Positions 27,968 through 39,649 of a DNA stretch of 64,000 bases are shown one piece after another; positions within the stretch are counted from its first letter, which is position 1; every line of letters starts with the position of its first letter. Made by a program: the position numbers and the translations under genes. The stretch comes from the human T2T-CHM13v2.0 reference genome, Homo sapiens. Under the pieces are notes generated by a model. It was not told the origin of the DNA. It made no database searches and was given only the letters and a program-made list of their open reading frames with translations. The stretch lies in assembly GCF_009914755.1 (NCBI RefSeq), contig NC_060947.1. One strand, written 5' to 3'.

Positions 27968-28095
27968 TCTCTCTTAACAGAGAAGAGATATTGAACAGAT
28001 TTAGAGTCTATTAAATCAATTGTGACTATCAAAATTTAAGAGAATCCTAACTATATATCATAATTGCATAGGGAAAATGATTTATTTCAAGTGAC

Positions 28096-28469
28096 TTAAT
28101 TAATTTTTAATTTTTGTGGGTACATAGTAGGTATATATATTTATGAATTACTTGAGATATTTTTATACAGGCATGCAATGCGCAATAATCACGTCAGGGT
28201 AAATGGGGTATCTGTCACCTCAAGCATTTATCTTTAATGTTACAAACAATTGAATTATATTTCTTTATTTTAATATGTACACTTAAAATTATCTTTGACT
28301 ATAGTCAACCTGTTGTGCTAGCAAATATGAGGTCTTATTCATTCTTTCTAATTTTTGTACCCATCAACCATCCCCACTTCCCCCCAATACCCCCAACCCC
28401 TCATTACTCTTCCCAGCCTCTGCTAACCATCCTTCTATTCTCTGTCTCCATGAGTTCAACTGTTTTAAT
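28096..28469 (-). mobile_element. L1MA1/2 3' end
   Basis: TTTTTGTGGGTACATAGTAGGT..ATACAGGCATGCAATG..AATAATCAC; TSD-like CAAGTGAC/CAAGTAAC. Confidence 0.85.
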
Positions 28470-28479
28470 CCAAGTAACA

Positions 28480-29400
28480 TTAAAACACACTCTTCAGACT
28501 GTACATTCCTAGTGGAATATAGGAATATATCTGATAAACAAAAAGAGCCATGAGAAATATTAGGCTGCATTAAGTAGTGTAGTTAGTAATAATAGTATTG
28601 TTATTTTAAAATTATCAAATATGTAATGGGTTAATGCATAAAGATCGAAGATTTTTAAGATAAGAGAGATAAAGTATACAATTGAATTAATTAAAAGCCC
28701 CCAATCTTATATATAAATTAGGAATATAATAAGACTTTATGATTTATTTTTTCTTAATGGAGATATACATATTTCCTAGCTTTTTTCACTGAAAAGCCCT
28801 AGAAATAATGATATCCCAGTGACAATGAGCACCCTTAGCACCCATAGTATCATCTCTAATTTTCCTGCTAGAAAGCATCAAGAGCTCCTTGGAGGAATAA
28901 CTCATTTTATGTTTGGAGTAAAAAATGAGCCTCGTAGATCCTGTTGTGTCATAAAGCAAGTAAGCTATCAAAGATTAAAAGGGTCATGCCAAAAGGATGC
29001 AGGAAACAACTTGAAAATACTGGATTCTTGCTCACCATATAAGGGATTATTTACAGGAATAGTGACTGCAATGGATCGAAACTCATAAAATTTATAAAAA
29101 CCCATGGGTTCATAATAGCAATTTTAAAAATATTGATCACCAGGGGCTGGAGAGAGAGATGAATGTGGAGTGACTGGTTAATTGTATGGAACTTCCTTTT
29201 GAAGTGATGGAAATGTTTAGGAACTAAATGGAGGTGATGATTACATAACATTGTCCATGTACTAAATGCCACTGAATTGTACAGTTTAAAATAGTTAAAC
29301 ATATGAATTTTATCTCAATAATAATATTGGATGATGGGTACATGGCAGTTTATTACATGCTTTCTCTACTTTTGTGAATGTTTGAAAACTCCCATGAATC
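28480..29400 (+). mobile_element. Mosaic of L1MC/L1MB 3' UTR fragments
   Basis: CACTGAAAAGCCCTAGAAATAATGA..CCCAGT; TGATGGAAATGTT..GGAACTA..GAGGTGATG. Confidence 0.6.
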
Positions 29401-31410
29401 AAAGATAAAACAGTAATAGAAAATTGAGCTAAATCATAATGAAAATATTATCTATCAAAACTTATGGGATGCAGCTAAAGAAGTACTTAAAAGGGGGAAT
29501 TTATAACCCTAAATGCTTACATAAGAAAAGGAGAAAGACAAAATTTATGGGCTAAGAATTCGATTTAAGAAATTGGAGTACGAACAAATGAATAAGTTGT
29601 AGCAGGAGTAAGAGTTAATAAAAAACATAAATTAATTAAATGGAAATTAAAGATATACTCATTAAATATAAAAGGTGTTTTTTTGACTAATAAAATAGAC
29701 AAACTTCTGGCAACATAAATATTGAGAAAATATAAAAAGCACAAATAAACAAGACTAGAAGTGAAAATAACTATGGTTACTTCAGAAATTAAACAGTAAG
29801 AGGTTATTATAAACAACTTTATGCTAATCCATTTGAAACCATACGTAAAACTGATAAATTCCTAGGAAAACATAGCTTACCAAAGCAACGAATAAATAGA
29901 GAACTTTAAGTGTCTTCTAAATAATACAAATCATTGTTCAAAAATTTTCTCTACAAAGATAACATCAGAACCAGATAGTTACATAGAGGATTTCTGCAAA
30001 CAATTACTGGAATGACAATGTTTATCTTATATAATCACTTTCCTGGGAAATTGAAAAAGGAGAAAAACTCCCTAACTCCTTTCTCATGCTCTCCTTGTCT
30101 GAGTGAAAACAGTATGAGTGAGGTGTCTCATGAGAAAGGAGTTAGGGAACATGAACAGACACTTCTCAAAAGAAGACATTCATGCGGCAAAAAAAATATG
30201 AAAAAAACTCAACATCACTGACTGTTACAGATACGCAAATCAAAAACACAATGAGATACCATCTCATGCCGGTCAGAATAGTGATTACTAAAAAGTCAAA
30301 AAACAACAGATCCTGGTGAGGTTCTGGAGAATAAAGGAACACTTTTACACTGTTGGTGGGAGTGAAAATTAGTTCAACCATTGTGGAAGACAGTGTGGAG
30401 ATCCCTCAAAGACCTAGAGGCAGAAATACCATTTGACCCAGCAATCGCATTACTGGTTATGTACCCAAAGGAATATAAATCATTCTGTTATAAAGATACA
30501 TGCATGTGTATATTCATTGCAGCACTATTCATAATAGCAAAGACATGGAATCAACCCAAATGCCCATCAGTGATTGATTGGACAAAGAAAATGTACATAC
30601 ACAAGACGGAATACTGTGCAGCCATGAAAAGGAAAGAGATCATGTCCTTTGCAGCTATATGGATGGAGCTGGAAGCTATTTTCCTCAGCAAACGAATGCA
30701 GGAACAGAAAACCAAACACCACATGTCTCACTTATAAGTGGGAGCTGAACAATGAGAACACATGGACATATTGGGGGGAACTCAAACTGGGGTCTGTTGC
30801 CGGGGAGGGAGAGCATCAGGAAGAATAGCTAATGGATGCTGGGCTTAATAACCTAGGTGATGGGTTGATCTGTGCAGCAAACCACCATGGCACACTTTAC
30901 CTATGTAACAAAACTGCACATCTTGCACATGTACCCCAGAACTTAAAATAAAAGTTGAAGAAAAATAAATAAGTAAATAAATAAATAAATAAATAAACAG
31001 CATGAGAAAGGAAGTTATAGGCTGATCTCATTTGCAAACATTGGCATACAAATACAAAATGAGCTATCAGCAAACTGAATCCAGCTGGTATAAGAAGAAA
31101 AATGTATCATGACCCATTTCTTTAAGCCATAAAAAGAGAAAAAGTTTAACATTAAAACATTTATTAATTTGATTCATTATATTAACAGACTAAAGGAAAA
31201 GAACTCATCCTAATAGATGCAGAAAAAAATTTCACAAAATTCGACCCCTTTCCATGATTAGAAAAAACCAGCACTTTGGTAAATAAGAATAGAAAGGAAC
31301 TTCTTTAACTTCATACGGAGTATCTACTCCCAAATACCCCAAACATCAATTTTAATGATAACATTAGAAATATTCCCTTTAAATTCAGGAAGAAGACAAG
31401 AGTCTCTGCA
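29400..31410 (+). mobile_element. Old L1M ORF2 fragment
   Basis: CAAAACTTATGGGATGCAGCTAAAG.AGTACT (QNLWDAAK), CATGACC, ATAGATGCAGAAAAA (IDAEK). Confidence 0.75.
30146..30997 (+). mobile_element. 5'-truncated L1PA13/14 nested in L1M
   Basis: ORF 30381-30737 is the L1 ORF2 C-terminus (WKTVWR..PFDPAI..AKTWNQPKCPS); 3' UTR GAGCATCAGGAAGAATAGCTAATGGATGC; (AAAT)n tail; TSD CATGAGAAAGGA. Confidence 0.9.
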
Positions 31411-32334
31411 TCTAATAATGTTTATTGAATAAATTAGTAGTTGCCTTGACAATGCATTGACTTTATAGCTTATAAATCTGTCTCTGTTGAATTCACAAAT
31501 CCATTGTTAGATGTTTCCAGAGTTTATGGACTTGCCAAGCTATGATGAAATGGCGTCAGCCAGCCTTAAGGCCCAACCTGTTGCCAACTTTTATCTTTTT
31601 CAGTAAGCAGAGTGGACATTTAAGTAAATGCCTGCTGACTATTAAAATTCAGTCCCAGCAGAACCACTGGTTTAAGGAACTTTGTATTGGATGTAATAAA
31701 AATAAATACATTAATGACACATCCAAACTTGCTCTTCACATAGCTACTGTATTTGCAGGGGCATCCCCAACTGGTTTATTCCTGCTTTGGCATAATTGCC
31801 CCTGTAGTCTGTTTTGTTGACTATTCAGTATTCTAGTCACAGATCGTTGGACTAGACACCATCATTAACTGCCAGTCAGCCAACAGCGCTGGATCCAGGG
31901 ATTTTTGTTGCCTCTACAGTGGTTTGCTTGAACTCTGTCCTGTACAGGTGCTCTATGCCCAGTGTCATCAATCTAACATAATCACTGATTTTGTGAGAAT
32001 AAAGCTGAGAGGCACAGGTCTAAGTAATATTTAGTGATGGTCTTAGTTGCCTATGAAACTGGGGACACCTCCCAAAGCTGAGAGAATCGGGGCTTGGGGT
32101 GAGGATGCAGCTGGTGGGGTCTTTTCCCCTTCTGTATTGTATTTCTGTATAGTCTTAAACATACATGGTTGTCATTATTCAGTAATCAGCTCTTTCTTGT
32201 GACTCTATAGAGAATCTGAGCGGCTGAATCTGCAAACATTCAGAGCTTTGGTATTCTTTCCCCCTTAAATGTCATCTACCCACCTCATCCCTACCCTGTC
32301 TTTTTCTTAGTTTTGTCCTTGCTTCATTGTTATC

Positions 32335-33035
32335 TATTTCCACTGAAAGATATTATCTCACGAGACAGGAAGACTAGAGTTAGGATTGTTGATTTGGCAA
32401 TTCCAGTGATGTCATGAAAACCTTGGGATTTTTCATCACTGTTGCTCTGCCATTCTCAGAATAGGCTTTATTCTAAGGTTTGCAGCAAGATGGCTGCAAC
32501 AGATATAGATGTAATAACACCCAGAAGATGTACAGGGACCATATTTTTATATGCCTGTTTTTTAGGAATGTGCAAACTTTTCCCAGAAGCCACATAGCAG
32601 TTCTCACTTCAAATATAATTGGCCAGAATCAGGTCATAGGACCATTCTTAACCCAATCACTAGCAAGGAATTATGGTCCCCTTAGATCAATGGTTCTCAT
32701 GCTTTAGCATGCATTAGCATCACTTGAAGAACTTGTTTTAAAATACAAAGTGCTAGTCTGCTCCCACAGAGTCCTGTGTTCAGCAAGTCCACGGTGGCCC
32801 AGGAATGTACATTACTAGCATGTTATCAGGTGATGCTGCTGCTGCTGATCTGGGGACATCACTGCATTAGATCAATCAGGCATACCTCTTGAACTTATGG
32901 CCTCAGAACTCAGGAAACCCTGAATCACGTGGCTACATGAGGGAGGGTTGGATCCTTGATCAAAATCAGGGTTCTGTTTGGAAATAACAACAACAAAAAA
33001 GAATCAGTACTAGAATGTCAATCCAGAGTGTCCAC
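32335..33035 (-). mobile_element. MLT1J-like LTR with nested MER5A
   Basis: GCAAGATGGCTGC, TTCCCAGAAGCC, ATTGGCCAGAAT..GGTCA, AACCCAATCACT, AAAATCAGGGTTCTGTT. Confidence 0.65.
32688..32864. mobile_element. MER5A
   Basis: CAATGGTTCTCA..GCATCAC.TG.AG.ACTTGTT; 8-bp TSD CCTTAGAT/CATTAGAT. Confidence 0.8.
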
Positions 33036-33247
33036 TAAAAAATAAAACTTGATATCCTGCAAATCTATAGATGAAGATGACAGGAATGTTAGACATTCCC
33101 TGCTGAATCATTCAAGAGGCAGAAAGTAAAGTGCATTATTCTACCCATCCGCAATACAGAATGATCTCATGGGAGACTTTTCACTGTGAAATAGTGAAAT
33201 GAGCATTGTTTTTGGAGGCAAAAAGAACTATTGAAAACCAAAATTTA

Positions 33248-33550
33248 AGCCAGGCATGATGGCTCACACCTGTAATCCCAGCACTGTGGGAGGCTGAGGC
33301 AGGCGAATTGCTTGAACCCAGGTGTTTGAGACCAGCCTGGGCAAAATGGCAAAACCCCATCTCTACAAAAAATACAAAAATTAGCTGGGTGTGGTGGTGT
33401 ATGCCTTTAGTTCCAGCTACCCTGGAGGCTGAGGTGGGAGGATCGCTGGAGCCCAGGAAGTTGAGGCTGCAGTGAGCCATGATTGTGCCAATGCACTGCA
33501 GTCTGTGTGACAGAGTGAGACTCTGTCTCAAAAAAACAAAACAAAACAAA
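33248..33550 (+). mobile_element. AluJ SINE
   Basis: GGAGGATCGCT.GAGCCCAGGA..TTGAGGCTGCAGTGAGC; TSD GAAAACCAAAATTTAA/GAAAACCCTAAATTTAA. Confidence 0.93.
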
Positions 33551-33569
33551 GAAAACCCTAAATTTAACA

Positions 33570-33715
33570 CACTAGGTATATATAGCTGAGATCATTCCTT
33601 TACCTATAAAATGATGACAAAAATCTGCTTTGCAAGGCTGTTGGAAGGGTTAGAAAGAATATATGTAAAGTGTCCTGCACATTATAGACACTCAACAAGT
33701 GGCAACTATTATTAA
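33570..33715 (+). mobile_element. MIR fragment
   Basis: CCTATAAAATG..GGCTGTTG.AAGG.TTA..TATGTAAAGTG..CACTCAACAA.TGGCA.CTATTATT. Confidence 0.65.
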
Positions 33716-34291
33716 TTAGTATTGTGCCCTTTTTCAAATTTGTGAACCCCATTATTAGTTTCTGTGGTTCTAGGAAGCAGCATCTTAGGGATCCTCAGCG
33801 GCATTTCAGGTCGAGCTTTTGGGACAATTTGAAGGTGAACACTCAAACCTGATGAACATCTCTTGCTTTTGAAATACTTTTGATTGCTGGTAAGCCAAAT
33901 ATTCCTGGTCCGTATAGGTCTGAATGGTGTTTTATTGATTCTTCCTCGTGGTAAGAATGTTAGAAAAATCCATATGTTGAATGTTTTAATGATACTAAGG
34001 GTTTGTGGCATTTTAAACCTAGACTAATAAAAATGAAAAGGCTTTGAATTTTAACAAATATTAAAAAAATTAATATAGGTTTTGAATTTGTGTGGGTAAG
34101 TATTTATGAAGGTCTACACCCTATAATTGTTCTGAAAAAGTGGCAGGTTACCTTTTGATAATAATCATTAGAGAGAGTACAACAAGGAGGTAATTTAGAC
34201 TCATGTGTGATAGTGAAAGATGTCTTCCTGGTGTATTTTAAAATACTTTGATGAGTACCCATTTTAAATATTTCAAATGGACTCTTAAAAC

Positions 34292-34830
34292 TGTAGGGGT
34301 GAGGGGAAAGCTTGCCCTTTGCCTTCTGAAGTTTCACTGAAAAATTAACTGACAAAAGCCAGATTAATTAGAGAAAAGGCATGTAAACGTATTAATGTGT
34401 ACACAAGCGAAAATCACAGAGTGATTGCCCCATATCTCAATGGGGCTTAAATACTTATATATCCTTATTTCATAGGGGAAGAAGGAGATGGGGAATATAA
34501 TTTTTTAGGGGCAGTAGTGATTACCAGAGAAATAGATCAAAAAACAGATTAACATAAAAGTTCTCTTTAAAAATTAAATGACTCTGAGAGACAGACACTA
34601 TGTTATAAATAGGTCTGTTCTGGTGTGGTTACATTCTTAGCCTTTATTTTTCTGCAAGAGACAATGAGATAACAGAAAAAAGTAGTTGTTCTTCTTGGTA
34701 GCTGTATCCAGTCTTTATATAAATAAAAAATATTTCTTCTAACAACTGTTAATCTCTAAGGGCCTTTACTTAAAAATACTCACTATACCAGAAAGCCTTA
34801 TTTTGAGGTAAAGTTCCTTGTGCTCCTTCA
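34292..34830 (-). mobile_element. ERV1 MER4-group solo LTR
   Basis: On the minus strand starts TGAAGGAGCAC..ACCTCAAAATA and ends CCCCTACA; perfect 4-bp TSD AAAC. Confidence 0.75.
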
Positions 34831-34879
34831 AAACTCTAGGTTTTTTTAAAAACTATGTTTGCTTTTGAAAAGTGTCTAT

Positions 34880-35590
34880 TGTGGCAGTTAGCTGTCTTCA
34901 GCTGCAAGCAACAGAAACTAATTTTGGCTAACAACCACAAAAAGAGGGATTTACTGCAAGAGTGCCGAGTGTCTCACAGAATTGGAGAAGCTTAATACCC
35001 AGGTCTCAGGAAAGACCATAACATGAGCACCCTTAGGGAATACGAGTAACATTGTGCCTGTGGATTGTTTCTCCATTGCAAGAGTTGGCAAACTATAGTC
35101 TATATGCCAAATCCAGTCTACTACCTGTTTTTGTAAATAAAGTTTTATTGGAGCACAATCATGCTCACTTGTTTACTCTATGACTGCTTTCATCATACAA
35201 TGACAGAATTTTCATAGTTGCAACAGACACTGTATGGCCCACAAAGCTTAAAATATTTACTCTCTGACTTCTTACAGAAAAAGTTGCAGACTCTTGCTTT
35301 AGGACATTGCTGTCAGAATGATATAGCGCCAACTGACTTCCATCTTCATAGCACTACTCAACATTCAAAATTTTGGGAGAGGGGCTGTGATTCGTCCAAA
35401 CTGGATCATATGCTCACTCCTAGAAAATCAGTATAACAGAGGATGGACTCTATGATTGACAGTCCCACAAAGAGGATGGATGGAGGAGGAGCAATTCCCT
35501 AATGGAAAAGCCAAGGCCTGTTACTACAAAGAGGAAAGGATAAAAGGCAGGCAAAAAAAAAAAAAAAAAAAAAAAAAAAGGTCTACTACC
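34880..35590 (-). mobile_element. Old MLT1 (L/M/N-like) LTR with nested MER58A
   Basis: CTTCAGCTGCAAG.AACAGAAAC start; GGATCATATGCTCACTCCT; TGATTGACAGTCCCAC. Confidence 0.55.
35078..35296 (+). mobile_element. MER58A (hAT-Charlie)
   Basis: GTTGGCAAACT..CCTGTTTTTGTAAATAAAGTTTTATTGGA..TATGGCCCACAAAGC.TAAAATATTTACT. Confidence 0.9.
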
Positions 35591-35864
35591 TGTATGCAAT
35601 TATAACATACAAATTCAGAGATCCCTATATGATCATATAGTGTGCTGAATAGACCGAACAATGGCTTATGTGTTCTGTACTTTGCTTGTTAGAGTAGTTA
35701 ATTCTTTTTCATTTTGACTTACAGGTGCTATTTATGTGCTATATATTTTAATCATTTGTCATGTAGATGGCAAAAATTTTCCTATTAAAAAAATCTCCCT
35801 TCCAAGTTTGTTCATTCATGGTATTTTTTTCTGATACAAAAGTTCCTCATTTTAATGTAAAAGA

Positions 35865-36070
35865 CAGTAGATTGACACAAATATTACAGGCTTTGGAGTC
35901 CAACAGACCTGGATCCACATTCTTACCAGTTTTGTAGTTTAGTTAGGTTGTTTACTCTTACTGAGCTTCAATTTTTTTATCTGTAAATTGGGGAAAATAC
36001 CTGGCTTTATGGCTTGTTATAAGGAATTAATAAGATATGAAATGTGCCCAGCAAGAGTAGGAACTGAAAG
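35865..36070 (+). mobile_element. MIR
   Basis: GGCTTTGGAGTC..ACAGACCTGG..CTGAGCTTCA.TTT..ATCTGTAAA.TGGGG. Confidence 0.7.
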
Positions 36071-36759
36071 TCAATTTTTTCAAGTCCTCCAGACTTCAAA
36101 GTTCACCCTCCCCTTTAAAACCAGCAACTGTAATTGGAGCTTGCATATTTCATGATTGTAGATAGTCTAGTCATTTACTGGACTAGTGTTTTTTAGAATC
36201 CCCAGGGAAGAGTGACAAATACATCCCAGTTGTTACTAGTCACCTCAGACTTCCGTGCTCATAGGTCACACTGGCCATGCTCCCATACTCAATACTTCTG
36301 GGATTTAATCATTACCACAGGCTCTTCTCTTTATGGAAGGTTTGGAAAAACAAGGTGGAATTATAGTACTTTTTAAACATTATTTTAGATAATCAGGCTT
36401 CTAGAGTCCAGTCCCCTTCCTCTTTCCACTCAAGAGGTATCCTACTAGCTTTATCTCTTAGCCCCTACTAGCTCCACCATCAGGTAGAGCCAGCCTACTT
36501 GTCTTCACTGGGAATGTCTTTGACCATATACTATAGTGAAGGCCCCAATATCCTCCCCCTATACACCAGAGAAAAGGAGAACCTCTTTCCCCTCTCACTT
36601 TCATGTGAATATCATTGGAATTCTTAAAGAGATACAAACCTATAAAAAACTAACTTTTTACATTACTATGCAAAACTGTTTAACCCCCAACATTGTCCCA
36701 AATGTCTCCCCTCCAAAATAGGATTCTGGCTTTATATTTCCAGAGAGAAATTAATCATT

Positions 36760-37283
36760 TGTATTACCTATCTATTTCTGCAAAAGAAATTACCCCTCAA
36801 ATTTAGCAGCTTACAACAAGCAACACTTATAATCTCACAGATTTGGTGCATCAGGGATCCAGGAGTGGCTTAGGTAGGTCCCTCTGGTTTATGGTCTCTC
36901 ATGAGGTTGCAGCCAAGCTTTCAGCTGGGGCTGCAGTCTCATCTGAAGTCTTGACTGGAGGAATATCTGCTTTTAAACCTACACATGTGGTTGCTAGTTC
37001 CTCACTGGCAAATTCCTTGCTATATGCTGTCTGGGTGTTCTCTTGACACGACAACTGGCTTCCCCTAGAGTGAGCAATCCAAGAGATATCAAGAGAAAGA
37101 GAGAACACAAGACAAAAGCCACTGTATTTTATGCCCGTATTTTGGAAGTGATGCATCATCACTTCGGCCATATTTTATAAATCACAATGACCAACCCTGG
37201 TACAGTGTAGGAGGAAACTACCGAAGGGTATGAATACCAGGAGGCAAGGATCATTGAAGTCATCATGGAAGTCTGCTACCATA
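36760..37283 (-). mobile_element. MLT1F-type solo LTR
   Basis: TGTATTA..TATCTATT.CTGC..AAATTACCCC..AATTTAGCAGCTT; ends GGAAGTCTGCTACCATA. Confidence 0.82.
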
Positions 37284-37834
37284 AAATCCGACTATTTTCT
37301 CCAAACAAGAAATGTGCATCCACTCATAGAGAAACAAGAGGAAAACTGCTTCCAACTCCAGCCAGTTTGTCTCTTCTTTTGGTCATCATGATTTTAAAAA
37401 TTATTAAGGTCCAGTCTCAGCAGTCTCAGAGAATTTCAACATATTTTATGATTTCTGATTCTAATATTTCTTTGGTAAGAAAGAGCTATAAAACTAAAAG
37501 GGAGGTTTGCCTAGAATGACTTATATTATTGTTTGAATATATGCTGTCCTCATGTGGAAATCTAGCTAAAGTACAGAAAAGTACATTCTAAGTACACTAG
37601 CAGCTACAGTTTGCCCCATATCGAATTATATTTTAGTCATAATCATTTGCATTTAATTTGTACTCTTTTCGTCAATCATATTCGCTTGAGGTTGTAACCA
37701 CTTGTCATATTATTTTCTGGCTATTGTCTTTGTCCTTGTGCCAGGGCTCTATAGAGAAAAATGCGACATCCATTCTCTTCTCACTGGAATCTATCCAGAT
37801 CTACACTGCCATAACTAAATACTTTTTAGAAGTT

Positions 37835-38020
37835 AAACTCCCCTTTTCTCATATATAATTTAATCCTCACAGCACCCTTGCCAAAAAAAATGTTGTTATC
37901 CCATTTTATCCATGAGGAAACTGAAATTGGAGAGGTTAAGTAAGTTACCTGAGATCACACAACTAGGAGAGTATGTGGGAATGCCAAGATGTGAACCCAG
38001 ATCCTCTGATCTTCAACAGA
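37835..38020 (-). mobile_element. MIR
   Basis: TTTAATCCTCACAGCACCCT..ATCCCATTTTA..ATGAGGAAACTGA..AGAGGTTAAGTAA. Confidence 0.8.
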
Positions 38021-38024
38021 ACTT

Positions 38025-38410
38025 TTTTGAATTTTTTATTAAAGTACAATACCTATACATAAAAGTGCACAAGTCATAAGTGTATAACCCAATGAATGAT
38101 GACAAAATGAACACAGTTGTGTAAGCAGAACCTGGGACAAGTAATGGAACCCTGCACCTGTGAAGTTTCCTTCTGCCCTCTTGCAAGTCACTGCTTCTTC
38201 AAGGGTAATCGCTATCTTGATTTCTAATGGTATAAATAAGTTTAGCCTTGTGAAATCAACTACTAATACTATGAATTATGTTGTGTAGGGCTTCTTTCTT
38301 TGTCAGTTTCATCCATGCTGTTGGTTAGAGTTGTAGTTTATTGATTCTCATTGCTATTACAGTATTTAACTATGAATATACTACAATGTATTTATCTGCT
38401 CTATTCTAAG
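38025..38410 (-). mobile_element. L1ME/L1MD 3' end
   Basis: TTTTATTAAAGTACAAT..AAAAGTGCACAA.TC.TAAGTGTA. Confidence 0.65.
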
Positions 38411-38467
38411 GGAATTCTATTCTGATCCAAGAGAAATCTTCAACAGATGAATGAGAAAAACAAACCG

Positions 38468-38808
38468 TGTGATGACTAGTTTTATGTGTCAACTTGGCTA
38501 GCCTTCAGTAGCCAGATATTCAATTGAATACTAATCTAGGTGTTTCTGTGAAGGCCTTTCATAGATGTGATTAATATCTATAATAAGTTGACTTTAAGTA
38601 AAGAATATTAACCTCTATAATCTGGGTGGGCCTCATTCAATCAGTTGAAAGGTTTTAACAGCAAAATTGGTTTCCCTGAGAAAGAAGAAATTCCACCTGT
38701 GGTCTGCATGTCAACTCCTGTCTAAGAGTTTCCAGCCTGCTGACTTGCTCTATGAATTTTGGACTTGCCCAGCCAGACCCTACAACTGCCAATTCCTTGA
38801 AATACATA
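38468..38808 (+). mobile_element. MLT2D-like ERVL LTR, 5' part
   Basis: TGTGATG..TTTTATGTGTCAACTTGGCTAG, GGGTGGGCCTCAT.CAATCAGTTGAA, GCCAATTCCTTGAAATA. Confidence 0.82.
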
Positions 38809-39137
38809 CAGTCATCCCTTGGTATCTTATCTGTGGGTGATTAGTTCCAGGACCTCTTGTAGATACCTAAATCTGCAGATGCTGAAGTTCATTATATAAA
38901 ATGGCTTAGTATTTTTGCATGTAATCTATGAACATCTTTCTGCATGCTTCAAATCATCTCTAGATTACTTATACTACCTAATACTATCCAAGTGCTATGT
39001 AAGTAGTTGTTATACTGTATCTTTTAAAATTTGTATTTTCAAGTTTTTGCATTTTTCATTGTTTTCTTAGAAATATTTTTGATCAGTGTTTGGTTGAATT
39101 CATGGATACAGAACTTGTGGGTATGGAGGGCCGACTG
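38809..39137. mobile_element. MER2 (TcMar-Tigger) nested in MLT2
   Basis: TIRs CAGTCATCCCTTGGTATC / GGTATGGAGGGCCGACTG; upstream TA. Confidence 0.88.
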
Positions 39138-39141
39138 TCTT

Positions 39142-39599
39142 TATATGTGTGTGTGTGTATACACACACACATATATATACACATATACACACATATAGAT
39201 TCTAGCAAAAACCAGAACCAGCAAGAGATATATATTTATATATATATTTTTATTTTTTATATTTTATAAATACCATATATATTTATAAAATATATAAACT
39301 ATAAATATATATTTATGGTATATATATTTATAAAACATATATGTATATATACCATAAATATATATTATTGTATATACTTGTAAAATATAAAAGAATATAT
39401 AAACAAAATATATACCATATATATTTATAAAATATATGAAAAATATATATACCTAAAAAAACCATACATATTTATAAAATATATTAAATATATATACAAA
39501 ATATATACAAAGATGTATATATGCACACCATATGTACACACACAAATATATATACACACACATACACACCATATATGTGGTATATATATATATATATAC

Positions 39600-39645
<46 letters not shown>
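39142..39645. repeat. ~500-bp TA-rich low-complexity tract ending in (CA)~20
   Basis: Directly visible. Confidence 0.92.
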
Positions 39646-39646
<1 letters not shown>

Positions 39647-39649
39647 TAT

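Noticed and set aside
30381-30737. 118-aa ORF with real protein similarity
   Set aside because: C-terminus of L1 ORF2 in a 5'-truncated L1PA copy; no promoter or true start.
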